Source: Euglena gracilis
Lineage: Eukaryota
DNA length: 64,000 nt
Assembly: GCA_039621445.1 (NCBI GenBank)
Contig: CP154954.1
Span: 43,150,632 to 43,214,631 of the forward strand
Direction of reading: 5' to 3'
The notes under the pieces were generated by a model, which was not told where the DNA came from, made no database searches, and was given only the letters and a program-made list of their open reading frames with translations. Shown here piece by piece: positions 1-12,268 of this stretch. Within the stretch, counting starts at the first letter, position 1; each line of letters starts with the position of its first letter. Both the position numbers and the translations under genes were made by a program.

Positions 1-1148
1 ATACAATTATTCCAATTTTCAAAGGCCCAAGCCCGTAATGCATACAGTGCAATGCTTTTGATTCCTGGGTTTGGTGGACTGAGATTCCACACCCTATTAA
101 CCCCCTACAAGAGGCTTTGGAACCAAAATCTGGAGAAGTATGGGGCATTTTGGGATCCCCTCCCAATCCTCCTGGGGCTGGCCAAGGCCCCTATGCCCAC
201 TGATATTTGTACATTGCGTACCCAACTGATTTTTTGCTCACGAGTTCTCTGTTTATATCGATCCTCTGACTTGGCACAAGTCAAACGAACCACCAGTGTG
301 TTGGGTAGGGCACCCTACATCAAAATTAAGCGTAAAGGGCAAAAATTTCACAAGTGGGAGAGGGTTGTGTCCATACCCCAGTGTCCCCAAATAAGCCCAT
401 TTCATTTAATGATGTGTTATGTGGCTGCCACACGTTTATTCGTCAAACCTGGGGGCCCCCTCCTAATTTCATTAAAACCCCCCTTCAGAGCCATAAGTGC
501 AGACACTGTTGCTTCTATCACAAAAGATTTTTTGGCCAAACATGGGGTGACTCCCCAGGTGTGGGGGGCCCACTCCACCAGAGGGGCAGGAGTTGGTTTA
601 CTGAAAAAATTGGGCCTTTCTGCCCAAGAAGTTTGTGAAATTGGCCAGTGGAGGGGGGTGGAGGCTTTCACAGCCCACTATCAACGACTGGGTGCCCAAG
701 GTGCCCTGGAAAATGCCCTGGCCCCCCTAATTTCAGTGCACAATCTGGCCTCACAAGGGCAAAGTGCGGAGCCCGAGGTGTCTCGTACTCCCTCGAGGAA
801 AACCGACAAGGGAGGAAGGGACACCGAGGGCGAAGCACAAAGACCTTGTGAGCCCGACCCCCCCACCCGTAAAAGAAAATTTGTCTTCAAAAGCCCTCGG
901 CCAGAGAGTGGGGGCCAGGGGGGGGAGAGGGGGGGGACCCCCCCCAAGGGCAAGAAGTCACGTCGCCAAGTCGGAGCAGCATCGTCAGCCAACTCCGGCG
1001 AGGCGGCACTAAGCAGGGACTCCTAACCCAACGCAGCAAACAATCCAAACAACACCGCCGGCGAGCAAGGCATGGCCTCACAAGGTCTTTGTGCTTCGCC
1101 CTCGGTGTCCCTTCCTCCCTTGTCGGTTTTCCTCGAGGGAGTACGAGT
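1..1148 (+). mobile_element. 3' part of DIRS-like YR retrotransposon (YR, ICR-like region ~765-852, complementary right end ~1077-1148)
   Basis: YR ORF followed by a ~70-bp perfect inverted copy of a segment in the YR 3' end, as expected for a DIRS ICR/terminal-repeat pair. Confidence 0.7.
52..1026 (+). CDS. Tyrosine recombinase (YR) of a DIRS-like retrotransposon, probably 5'-partial
   Basis: Catalytic R-K-HxxR-W-Y motifs in order: LYRSSDL, KIKRKG, AHSTRGAG, IGQW, FTAHY. Low-complexity basic tail. Confidence 0.85.
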   Translation: MLLIPGFGGLRFHTLLTPYKRLWNQNLEKYGAFWDPLPILLGLAKAPMPTDICTLRTQLIFCSRVLCLYRSSDLAQVKRTTSVLGRAPYIKIKRKGQKFHKWERVVSIPQCPQISPFHLMMCYVAATRLFVKPGGPLLISLKPPFRAISADTVASITKDFLAKHGVTPQVWGAHSTRGAGVGLLKKLGLSAQEVCEIGQWRGVEAFTAHYQRLGAQGALENALAPLISVHNLASQGQSAEPEVSRTPSRKTDKGGRDTEGEAQRPCEPDPPTRKRKFVFKSPRPESGGQGGERGGTPPKGKKSRRQVGAASSANSGEAALSRDS

Positions 1149-1149
1149 C

Positions 1150-2433
1150 CGAGGCGAGTCGTGGAAGTCCGAGACCATTCGGGCTCTGCACTGCGAGATG
1201 GTGAGGTACTGCGCACCCCTCCTCTCTGGGACATAATCATTTTTACTTTTTAACACGACCTCCAGCCTCAAATAATGAGCTTGGAAGGCCCAAAAAAAAT
1301 ACACTGACTTCTCCACCTGCAAACCAGCATATTTCCACCATGAACGCGATCTCCTCTGGTGTCCCCCCCCCCTGTCAAACTTATTTGGCCAGAGAATTCA
1401 CTCTGCCTGACATTCATTCCCAAAGTTCTTTTCACATCCAAAGAACATTAATTATTTTTGTGTCCAACCATGTGGGCTTTCCTCCCCACACATTCTTGCA
1501 ACAAATGCCAGGTGCTTATGAGTGGGTTCTGTGGGAGATTCACAACCTCCTCCCACCGGTGGTACTGCCATCCTTTTCTTTGAAGCAAAATGAAATTTTT
1601 GTCACCCAGAGAACTGATTTTTTGCTTGGTTCTGGCTAGATCAACCCTGCTGTGAAGGGCTAACAACCTCCTACAAATAACCAATCTCTTTCTGAGGCCT
1701 TTCCAAGACCATTTTAGAGAGGGGCTCAGAATGTTGGTTCAATTGCATCCGAAACATTGATGGATCCCATTCACACATTGCAGGCTATCTGAAGAACATT
1801 TAATAGCACCAACATGATCTAGAAGCTCAGTGGATCACTATTAATAGGCATGTTATTTCTGGATCTAGCATTAATCTCTGGAACTACTCCGTAATCATCC
1901 TCCAGGGAGGGTTTGCATAAACTGGTTGGAGACCCCTTAAATCTGCCCTCAGTGGATCACTATTAATAGGCATGTTATTTCTGGATCTAGCATTAATCTC
2001 TGGAACTACTCCGTAATCATCCTCCAGGGAGGGTTTGCATAAACTGGTTGGAGACCCCTTAAATCTGCCCTTAGTGCATCTCCATGAAAACCCCCTTGGT
2101 GGGGGAATCTACAAATGAACTTTTGAAATACCTTGTTGCTGAGAGTACAAGTACATGTCCACCTCTAGGGTGATGTCTTCTTTTGAAGTATTTCAGGATC
2201 TTGTGAGAGATGTTTATGTTTCCTTGGTCACGGAGTCTGCCACTGCTCCTGGGTGGGAAACCAAACCACTTGCAAATTGAATTGTTTTTCTTGGCAATGG
2301 TACAGAAGTGGTTTCAAAATGTAATTTAGATACGGATTTTTGCCTCGCCATTTTGCTAACTGCCTTACAGATACCTGGCTGTCAACGTGGAAAACAATGG
2401 TTTCTTTGGGTTTTGCCACTTCCTGGAACCCCT
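1150..2433 (-). pseudogene. Degenerate DIRS-like element fragment (RNase H, adenine MTase, YR)
   Basis: Minus-strand remnants VAKPKETIVFHVDSQV (RNase H), VYANPPW (MTase, ~1903-1923), YHRWEEVVNLPQNPLIS and AFQAHYLRL, which are homologous to the YR at 52-1026. Many frameshifts and stops. Confidence 0.75.
1826..2071. repeat. 122-bp tandem duplication inside the DIRS MTase remnant
   Basis: ctcagtggatcactattaatagg...ttaaatctgccct is present twice, starting at 1826 and 1948. Confidence 0.9.
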
Positions 2434-2741
2434 TGTGTACCAGGCGTATGCTTCTGTCCCCTTCCGTTGAGGAAGTTAGGATGGAAGCAGATCCTATTAG
2501 GATTTCCTAATGGGTGCCCCTTCTCTCTCCACAGGTGGTATTCTGTTTGTCTTTCCTTTTCTCCGGACCGGACTTGGTTATCCAGTCCGTCCTCCCTGCA
2601 TTGCTCCGTGCTTTGCTTCTTGGGAAGTGGAAAAAGGGTTTTCACTGTTACTCTGATTTTCAGTTCCCAAGTAGGTGCGCCAAGGCGAAAGCGAAGGCTT
2701 TTGGGAATTGGGAAAGGGGAATTGGGAATCAGACGTACACT
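2434..2741 (+). repeat. 5' LTR (copy 1)
   Basis: TGTGTAC...GTACACT, near-identical to 18600-18907 and 23477-23785. Confidence 0.95.
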
Positions 2742-2765
2742 TGGTAGCAGAGTGGTTCGATCCTA
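2742..2765 (+). promoter_or_regulatory. Primer binding site for tRNA-iMet, plus a second tRNA-complementary box CGATCCTA
   Basis: TGGTAGCAGAG directly after the LTR is complementary to the 3' end of eukaryotic initiator tRNA-Met. Confidence 0.85.
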
Positions 2766-2955
2766 CGCTGACTGGCAGCGGAGAGCCCCCGCACCGTTAT
2801 TACACGGTCGCAGCGTCAGCTCCCGGCTTCTAGTCAACGTCTAAGCAGACGAGCAGGCTCCGGAAGGCCCTGTACGGTATTACCCGTTACAGCCCCTCTG
2901 GCGCCAGCACAACTGCTTAGTTTTGTGTGTTTTTGCTGTTTTCGTCATCAGAAAG

Positions 2956-5900
2956 ATGCAAAGCACAGGCCCCAACCATCAATTCAACTATGCCTTATTA
3001 CAGGCATCATTGCAAGACATTGACCAAGAAAATGGGAATTGGAAGCTTTTATGTGAAAGTGCTTCCAGTTCCCACGCCGATGAGGCACAATTGATTCAAT
3101 TGTCACAATTGCAACACTTGTCATCATTGACAGTGGTCGGCGATGAGCCCTCCACATCATTGGCTTCAGAGGCTAATGCGGCCTCTTCCGCACTCACCTT
3201 GCCACAACGGGGGTATTCGCCTCTGTCTGCGGCAATGGTGCAGCTGCACACACCGGAGAGACCCGTGGTGATTCCGCCACCGGGCTTCTCTGGTGGTGGT
3301 GGGCTAGAAACCCCGTGTTTCTTTCAACCCCCACCGGCTCTTCCACCGGCAAGCCCTTACAGAGCTTTGCCACCACCCCCCGATATCGGGTGCTATCCCG
3401 CACTACCTTGGCAACCGGAGACTCGCCTCGTGGTGCCGGAATTCTCCGGTACATCCCAACCCATGGATGACTATGGGAAGGGCACTGGTGAGCTCCTCAC
3501 TGCTGAGGATGTGCAGGATATTGTTGCTCGGCTTCCAGGGGATCACCCCCTTGTGAGGCAGTTCAACCATGTGCAACAATGCGTTGCAGAGTGTGCAACC
3601 GCATTGAACAAAGTGCTTCAGTTTGATGAGGACAACCAGAAACATGTCTTCACCAAGCTGAAACACTGCTGGAATTACTTGCAGGAAGTTGGCAGATATT
3701 GCCAGAGGAATTTCGAAAGTGCGGGTATTGACCTTGCAAACTTTCGGGAAACCTTTGACAGAATATGCCAACAGCTCCCGCAAAACTTCCGGCAAATTAG
3801 TGAATGCATGCATGAAGCGGAAACGCGGAATGACTCCAAGTTTCTGCACTTGCATGGCTCACTACAACAGTTATCGGGACAAATGGAGTCCTGTTCATCC
3901 GTGTTGTTGCATTTGCAACAGCAGTTGCATGCACGAGATTCCTCGTCTGCAACATCCAGCAGTGATGGATTTGTGTCTATGGACCATTTCACCACATTGT
4001 CCGCAACTTTCCATGAATCGCAACACCGCATTATGCAGTTGTGCGATGAAACGGAAAAGTTTCGGCACTTCCGGTCACAAGCCAACGAGAATTTTGCTCC
4101 CCTCACGTATGTGCGGCAGTTGGAGGAGCGACTTTCCCGTTTGGAGCAGAAAACCTGCTATTGTGACGCGAATCGGGTTGGATTATCCAATCTGAGCGCG
4201 AAAGTCGCGGAAATGGCACAACGGCAGGATTCCCTGCAGTTGCAGTTGCAGTTGCAATCCGACATTGGCGGGATTAACTCGGCCATTGCGGGTTTGCAAA
4301 AAAGCTATTCCGCACTTTCCCACCGAGTTCCGGACATTTGCGGCATTCAGACTGCTATTGGAGAACTCCAGACCCGGTATGCATCGGTGTCTACCAAAGT
4401 AACGGAAATGCAGTCTCTACCTGCAGGTTCCAGTTCTCGGATTACCGAGAACCCTGATTTCAAGGCATTTTATGACAAAATGCTCACTAACAATCAGGAA
4501 ACCTTGCAAGATTTCTGCAACAGCCTATTACGGCTTGAGGAATCGGTGAATCGGAATGCCCGATCCACGCAAAGTGAGATTACAAGGTTGGATGAGCGAA
4601 TTTCCGCGTTGTTGGATAACCCACAACCTGGAAATTTGCCCATGGGTACCACAACCGTGTTGTCGGATAACCCTGCACCGGTTGCACCCACCACCACACC
4701 AACCAAGGTGACATCACCTTTGCAGATTCTCTCAAATGCTGTAAAAGCATTAATGGGACAACTCCAATTATTGGATAAGTCTCACGGGAAACTTGTCCAA
4801 GGTGTTACCGGAATTTCCGAAAGGATTCCGCACTTGGATGACTTTTCCCGTTACCGCAAGCGTACTCGCGCTTTGGAGGATGAAGTTGACCGTATTTGCG
4901 GCCAACTCCAACTCGTTGAGCATTTGGAGCAAAGTGTGCATGACTTGTCTGTGGGTTTGGATAATGTGTCCAACCAACAGCGGGTTTCACACCGCAATTC
5001 GGCAGTATGCATTGCCGAAGATGCGCCAAATGTTCCAGAGTCGCGTTTTCATAACCCGGCTCTGGGTGCACATGCACCACCACCACCCGTGTCCCGAGTG
5101 TCACAATCCGCGATTCCGCGAATTGTGCCACCATTGGCCTTGTCCACAACCCAAACCCAGTTTTCGGATGAATCTCCCATTACGGGAACCGAATTCGCGG
5201 AAAACACGGCGCTTCCGCCAAGTCTCCACCAAGAAATCCATCATTCCATGCTTGTGCGTGGAATGAGCCAAACCCGTACACCGGGAGTGGGTCACATGTT
5301 GCATGCGCGACATACCCCCACACCGGAGAGTCTCCCTATTACGGGTGACCAACAGGGTTTGCGACCGGATTTCCGGTACCAAGAGTCACCTTCACCAGAA
5401 ATTTCGCGATTCCGACAAGAATCCGGAAAGGATACGCTTGGTGCTCGAGCGTACCCGGGCCCGAATCCACGGAATACCACCGAGGGCCAACGGGTTTTTC
5501 AGAAAGACTTCAAGGGCACCATCGCAATCGCGAATAAGGTGAAACCCCTGTGGGATGGTGATCCAACCACATGGAGACAGTTTTTCCGGAACTGGGAGTA
5601 CTACTGGGCATTGAAAGGGCCAACCCAAGACACAAACCCGGAGGTGATCAAGATGGAATTCATCGATTGCCTCCCTAGGGATGAGAAGGAGCGCGCGCGA
5701 CAACTCGTCATTCGCTACCGCGTTTCCTTTGATGACCTGGTGGAGCAATACGCTTCCACCAGTTCAAGTTTGGTCGCTAGGATTACCCTGGAGACCAAGT
5801 GGCGGCAATGCGCCCCACCCGATCGGAAGTGGAAGTCCATTGACCTTTGGTATGCCAAATGGTTAGGACTTGCCGCTGAAGTGGATGAACTCAGTGAAAA

Positions 5901-6949
5901 GCAAATGCGCGAACAGTTTGACGCTGTTCTCATGCATTTCACGCCTAGCCTCATCAAGGATATCCATCGTGAGGAGTTGGCGGGTAATGCAATGACTCTT
6001 GACCAACGCTGGAATTATGTTTCCAAGCAACTGAAGCTATCACAGCTTCTTGGTCAGATTCAATCCGCGTATACCGCACACCCAACCGCTGGATTACCGG
6101 CTGGTTCGGTGAACGCATTGCAAAAATCACCGGTTTCACCCGCTTCACCCACCATGGGATCGAAAACGCGATACCCGCGTTCTTCGGACCAAGCCACGGA
6201 TAAAGTGTGCTTTTTGTGCAACAAATCGGGACATATGTCTCGGGAATGTCCTAATCCTGAAGCGCGTAAGCGTATTCAGAGTCCGCGAGGCTCGACCTCA
6301 TCACGTGGTTCGGGTTCCTCCGCGTTTTCACGCCAATCGGGCAATCAAGGTCAATTCAAGGTCATCGGGTCCCCGTTCCGGTGGTATTAGCCCCCGGATC
6401 CCGTTCCGCGATGAGCGGAAACACGGTACCCCTCGGGGTAGGTCACCCGGTGCCCCGGCCAAGAAGCGTGATTCTCATCGCGAGGCATCACGATCGCGTT
6501 CGCGAAGCGGATCATCCTCTTCGCGATCCTCATCGGGAAAACCCCGATACACCGGTCATGGTCGACGGGATACCTGGTCACCACGACGGTTTGACGGGAA
6601 ATCGGGAAACCGATCCCCCCGTTATCCAGATTCGCGACACAAATCTCGGTGTTCGCTTTGTGGATCGAGTGATCACCACTCATCCAAATGTCCGCGTTCT
6701 CGTTCTCCCCGCCCTGGCCAACGTCATCGCGGTATGAATCGCGGTGACAAGGGTCACTCCTCCAACCGCCATAAAGTCGGTTTCAAGATATCTTGTTTGG
6801 AGGATGACACCCCGGCTTCGGGCAGGGAGGGGGATGAGACCACGGATACCGATTTCGACGAGGCCCGCATGGCGGTGCGCACGTTGAAATCCGTTTACAC
6901 CTCTAAAAGGCCCATAGCCGGCTATTCGGCCGGTTCGGACCTGGAGTAG
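2956..6949 (+). CDS. gag: Gag (copy 1; frameshifted by a short duplication near 6345): long coiled-coil N-terminus, capsid-like region, two CCHC knuckles, RS-rich tail
   Basis: ORFs 2923-6390 and 6305-6949. CFLCNKSGHMSREC and CSLCGSSDHHSSKC knuckles. The region is uninterrupted in copies 2 and 3. First ATG at 2956. Confidence 0.85.
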
Positions 6950-9900
6950 GGGAGCCCGAGGTCCGAGGGCACGGACCTCTGGGCTGATGAACAGATGGAG
7001 GTAGGACCTGATCAACCCTGCCCCCCCTGCCCATCTGCCTTTCTGGTCGGTACCCGGAAAATTTTCGGGTCCCCCACCCCCCACTCCAACTTTCCGCTCG
7101 GAATGTTGTGCAAAGTAGGAAAGGGTTCATGGGAAAGCTGGCAAGAAAACGTATTTTCGCCAGACCCTTCACTTTGCCTACCCCCCATGGAACTTTTGGT
7201 CCAAGCGGAAATCAAAATCCAAAATTTTTGTACAAAAGTCAAAATTCTCATTGACACTGGTTGTCGCATTGCACTACTTTTTCGGTTCGGGTTGATACCA
7301 ACCCCCCTCTTGGTGAAAGCCAAGAAGCCGATCAAAATTACGACGGCTGACAACACCCCCATGTGCGGTGTTGACTTGGGATGCTTTTTGGACATAGTCC
7401 TACCCCTCATCCCCAAGCACCACTCACACCCCCCCCAACCGCAAAATTTTCCGGATACCTGGGGATATGAATCCGGAATCCATGGTTCTGACGTAATTCC
7501 GGGATACCCCTTTTTACGTCAGCACCGGCTGGTAGTGGATTGCCACTCCCACGGTTTGCGCACATCACCATTCTCCTCATTGCCCCCCAAACCCTCATCA
7601 CCTGTGGCGTCAACCGCGATAGCCACCAATTTTTCCACACCGTTTTCGAAAACTTTTACCCCGTTACCAACCACACCAACCAACGTTTTCCACACCGGGT
7701 GTACCGAGAAAGTTCACCACCTGCCCATTGACACACCAACTTCCGTTCCCCATGAGGCAGGGCAAGCGAGTAGCGGTACCCCCTCGTTCCACTGGGTTAA
7801 AAGACGAAAGCCCAAAGGCCTGAAGTAATTACGGTGTCGAGTAGTCGCCCAGCTGCACTAATACCCCGTTTTCCACCAGATGTATCGCTTTCAGATACAT
7901 CTGTACACCCCCCAGCAGCTACAAAAGCGCATCCCAACTTTTACACACACCCCCACCAGACCAACATGCGCGACCAGGACCACCACTCCGACATTTCCTT
8001 CCAATGTGTGCACTGTAGGAGAATTTCCGCCAAGCCAGATTTCGATTGTGGATGTTTAGTCCAAACACCAACACTAATCCCGATTTCGCGTAACCATACA
8101 CTTGGTTGCGGATCGCAATGCGCGACCGTACATCAAGTGCTCCAACAACGAGGTATTGCCTTGTTGTTTGGGACCGCGAAATCCGTGTCACACACCTCCC
8201 CCACCTCCATCTGGCATGATATGGACTGGGTATGCACCCATCCAACCCATCAACCCTTGGGAATGCCCCTTGGGAGTGTGGATGACACACCCTTGACCTA
8301 TGTTTGCGGATCCTTGAATTGCGTTACCGCTCTTCAACCCGCGAACCAGGTCGACACCTACGCGATGCGCGTATGGAACGCATTTAATTTTGGTCAATAC
8401 CGTATTTTGGAGGAATGGTTCTCCAAAATCGCGGCTTTGGCTGATTCCTTCGATTTGCCGTTGGAAATTGATGCGTTCTCATCAAAAGCGCATGCGCGCT
8501 TGTCGCGATATTGGTCGCGACATACCAACGCATTCCTTAAATTCTGGGGTGATACGGTGCTATGGATGCACCCTCCCCCAAAACTTATCCCGGATGTGGT
8601 GGAGAAAATCCTCCGCGATGAAGCGCGAGGAGCTCTCCTCATACCGGTCAATCCGAATGCGGATTGGTTTCACCAACTATCCTATGTGTGTTTTCATTGG
8701 TGGGATTTACCCGCTGATGTACCACTATTTGAGGATTTTTGTGGTATATTATTACCACCTGTCAAAGAAATCATTTTTCGCGTTTGTTTCTTCGACGCAT
8801 TCGGAATATCCGATTTGCGTGTGCCAAGATACCTTGGTACGGATGGGGATGCCACACCCTCAACGCAGATTTCTGCGGTCATTGAGAGTGCGGACCAACA
8901 TCCCAAGTCTGCTGATTATTGTTCGCGAATTGCTCGCGAATTCCATGGTGTACTGGATAACCCAGTTTACGCCTGCGACATCGACCCCGCGATTCGCGGT
9001 CCGTTCGGTGTTTGCAAAATCGAGCTCAAGGATGGCGCTAAACCTATGCACCGGAAATTCTTCCGTTGCTCGGGTGAACGCGAACAGGCTCTCAACGAGA
9101 TGATTGAGAAGCTCATCCAGCGGAAGTGGATTATCCCTTCCAAGAGCGAGTGGACATCACAAGCTTTTGTGGTGCCCAAACCCGCTGACCAGTCTGGTCA
9201 GAAGAAGTGGAGACTGGTGCTGGATTACCGGTACCTGAACTCCCAAACGAAGGATGACCCCTTCCCGTTACCGCTGATCGAGGATTTGATCACAAAACAA
9301 TCGGATAACCGGTTGTGGTCAATCTTTGATCTGGAAGACGGTTTCCATCAGATGCATTTGCATCCTGATTCGCAACCGTACACGGCATTCGTGACATCCA
9401 AGGGTGTGTACCAATGGACGGTACTCCCCATGGGTGTTAAGAATGGCCCAGCCATGTTTCAACGCATGATCCAGTGGGTTTTGCGCGATTTACCGTTTGC
9501 TCTGGTGTACATCGATGATGTACTGGTGGGAACCCAACCGCCATCCGCGAAATCGGGCGAGGATATCCTCGACCCGCATTATCGCGATGTGCGCGCGGTA
9601 TTATCCGCGTTCCAAAAGCATGTACTTTTGTGAAGGGTTCCAAAATGCACCTGTTTCGCAAAATTATTAAGTTGTGCGGACACATCCTGAGCAACGGGCA
9701 GCGTAAAGCCGCACCCAGTAAGATGGAGGCCATTAAGAAATGGACTCCTGAGGTCATTAAGACCTTAACGCATTTAAAAGGATTTTTGGGATTAGCCCAA
9801 TATTACGCGATTTACATGAAAGATTTCGCGAAAATCGCGGTACCCCTAACCCGACAACTCAAAAATCGGACACCCGATAACGCAAAAGTCATTTGGGATG

Positions 9901-12074
9901 ACCAAATGCGCGAGGCCTTGAATAAAATCAAGGACTTGCTCCTCGAGAACGTGGTTCTCGATATCGCGGATCCATACAAACCGTATGTCCTGGAGGTCGA
10001 CAGCAGCGATTACGCTGTTGGCGGGGTTCTTAGCCAGCATAATGCGGCGAATGAACTCCGACCTGTGGCTTTCTTCAGCAGGAAGCTACAGGGCGACAGC
10101 AGGAAAGGACAGGTTAAATGGAGCATTCGCGAAAAGGATACATATGCCATTGTGCTAATTCTCCAGAAGTTCCGCAGCTGGATAGCCAGCAGCTTGGTCC
10201 AGATACTAGTGTTGACGGATTATGAAAGCCTTCAACACTGGTATACCGAGGACCTGAACAAGGCCATGTCATCAGTTGGCAGAAGATGCCGATGGCATGA
10301 GTTCTTGAGCCAGTTTAACCTGGTGGTAGTTTATACCCCAGGTCATACGCAAAAAGTTGCGGATCCTCTCAGCCGAGCCCCCTGGTATTATCCTGGGAAC
10401 CCGGATGAGGGTGATGCGACTTTTCATGGCAGCCATGAGGCTGACCAGTTCGCACGTCGATCCGACGCTGCGGACAACATGCTCGATTCACTACCCGTTT
10501 GCCGGGTGTATCGCAGCATTGCCATTTCACCATTGCGTGGAAGGCGCCGGCGTGGACGCACTGCCGGACCCCGTCGCATTACGCGTACGGAAACTCCTAC
10601 CCCCCTATTTTTCCGCGAATGGGATTATTCGCGTGACCCGGTATATAGTACCATTGTGAATAGACTTCGTAATGGTGAATCCATAGAGAATTACTCTCTA
10701 TCACCATTGCGGCTTATTTTCCGGAATGATTCTGGTTATAAATATTGTATACCCCAAGACCTGGTTGATGATGTGATTTTGAGCTATCACAACCATGGTC
10801 ACCCTGGGGCCCCCAAACTTCTTTCACTAGTGGGTCGCAGATATTGCACAACCCTGAGTGAAAAAGATTTATATTCGCGCTGTTTGCGAATTTCGCAACG
10901 GTGCCAAATTTGTCAGGCTGTGAAACCGCGCAGAGGTACCCCCCCTGGTACGATGGACTTTTTCCCCGTACCACCAGACATTTTTACGTCCCTCTGCATG
11001 GATTTTCTCGAACTTGAACCTTGCAAAGGATCAGATGACAAAATTTACGATTACGTTTTTGTTGTCGTCTGTCGGCTGAGTGGGTACATAGTAGCCATTC
11101 CATGCCGGAAAGCAGGGTTGACAGCCCAAATTTTGGCATCCATATTCCTGGAGAAATGCATCTGCTTAATGGGTTTACCGAACGAAATCGTGAGTGATCA
11201 AGATCACTTGATCTCTTCGCGGTTTTTCACAACTTTGTGCGGTTTACTCGGCATTGAGCAGCATTTTTCCATTATATACCGCCCGAAAGGCAATGGTAGA
11301 GCCGAGGCAGCCGTGAAATCCGTTGTCAATATGCTTCGCCTTTCACTGGCTGACTCGGGTAAGAATTGGTTATCCGTTCTTCATTGGTGTTTATTTTACA
11401 TCAATACCTTGCCAGGGTTGGTATTACCACACTCACCGTACAAAATCGTTTTCGGACGAGACCCTCCGGCCATAGGGGATATCCCCTCGGAGAGACCCGC
11501 CCGAAGTAGCGTCAGCTGTGAAACGTGGTTTGCAGAAGTGGAATCACTCCGCTCTGCAGTCCAATCACGTATCACAGAAATTCATTCCAACAAACGGAAA
11601 TCGTTTTTACAAAACTTCAACACACCTGTGTATAGTCCAGGTGACCGCGTGTGGGTACGGAATAACCGCACCCGCATGCAATCTTCCAAGCTAGATCCTC
11701 TTTGGCTCGGCCCATGCGAAATTTTGGAGAGGTTAGGTAGTAGCGGGCGATATAAAGTTGCCTTGCCCAACGGGATTGAGGACGTCCATATGGACGACTT
11801 CAAACCGTACCTAAGCCCCCCAGACGGAAAAGCTATCCCCTGCCTATATTTCAAGCCCCGTTCCAGATTACCTGAAACGGACGACTTTGTGGTCGATAAG
11901 ATAATAGACCACAAGGTCGACAGGGGTGTGCACTACTGGAAAGTTCGCTGGAAAGGGTATGGGCCAGAGGAGGACACTTGGGAGCCAGCATCCAGTTTTG
12001 TTGGATATGTCCAACAGGATTGGAAGCTGTGGAACAAGCGCAATAACATAGACATAAACATAAACACTTTCTAA
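6950..12074 (+). CDS. pol: Pol (copy 1, two 1-nt frameshifts): aspartic protease, N6-adenine MTase-like domain, RT, RNase H, DDE integrase with GPY/F, chromodomain
   Basis: ILIDTGC (PR); IDAFSS...WMHPPP...LLIP...WF (MTase); [12 protein letters not shown] (RT); [15 protein letters not shown] (RH); HGHPG..CQIC, MDFL, SDQD, GRAE (IN); [32 protein letters not shown] (chromodomain). Confidence 0.92.
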
Positions 12075-12268
12075 AACGATTTCGTTTTGGAGAATGCGTG
12101 TGTTTTATGTGAATGTTTCGCGTTTATACCCCCCCTGCACTTCATTATTTCTCTATCTTTCTCGCAGAGTTTTGATTAAGATAGAAGCCTTCCTTTTTCA
12201 GTGCTCTCGCACTCAAAGCGACTGACAACAAGGTTACCCTTAGTTGTCGTCGTCGTTCGGGTAGCATC

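Noticed and set aside
2742-2790. tRNA-Met gene
   Set aside because: Only short complementary boxes next to an LTR, with no cloverleaf; this is a PBS.
7770-7840. Programmed frameshift between protease and RT
   Set aside because: Copies 1 and 2 have different 1-nt losses and copy 3 is in frame, so these are decay or sequencing errors.
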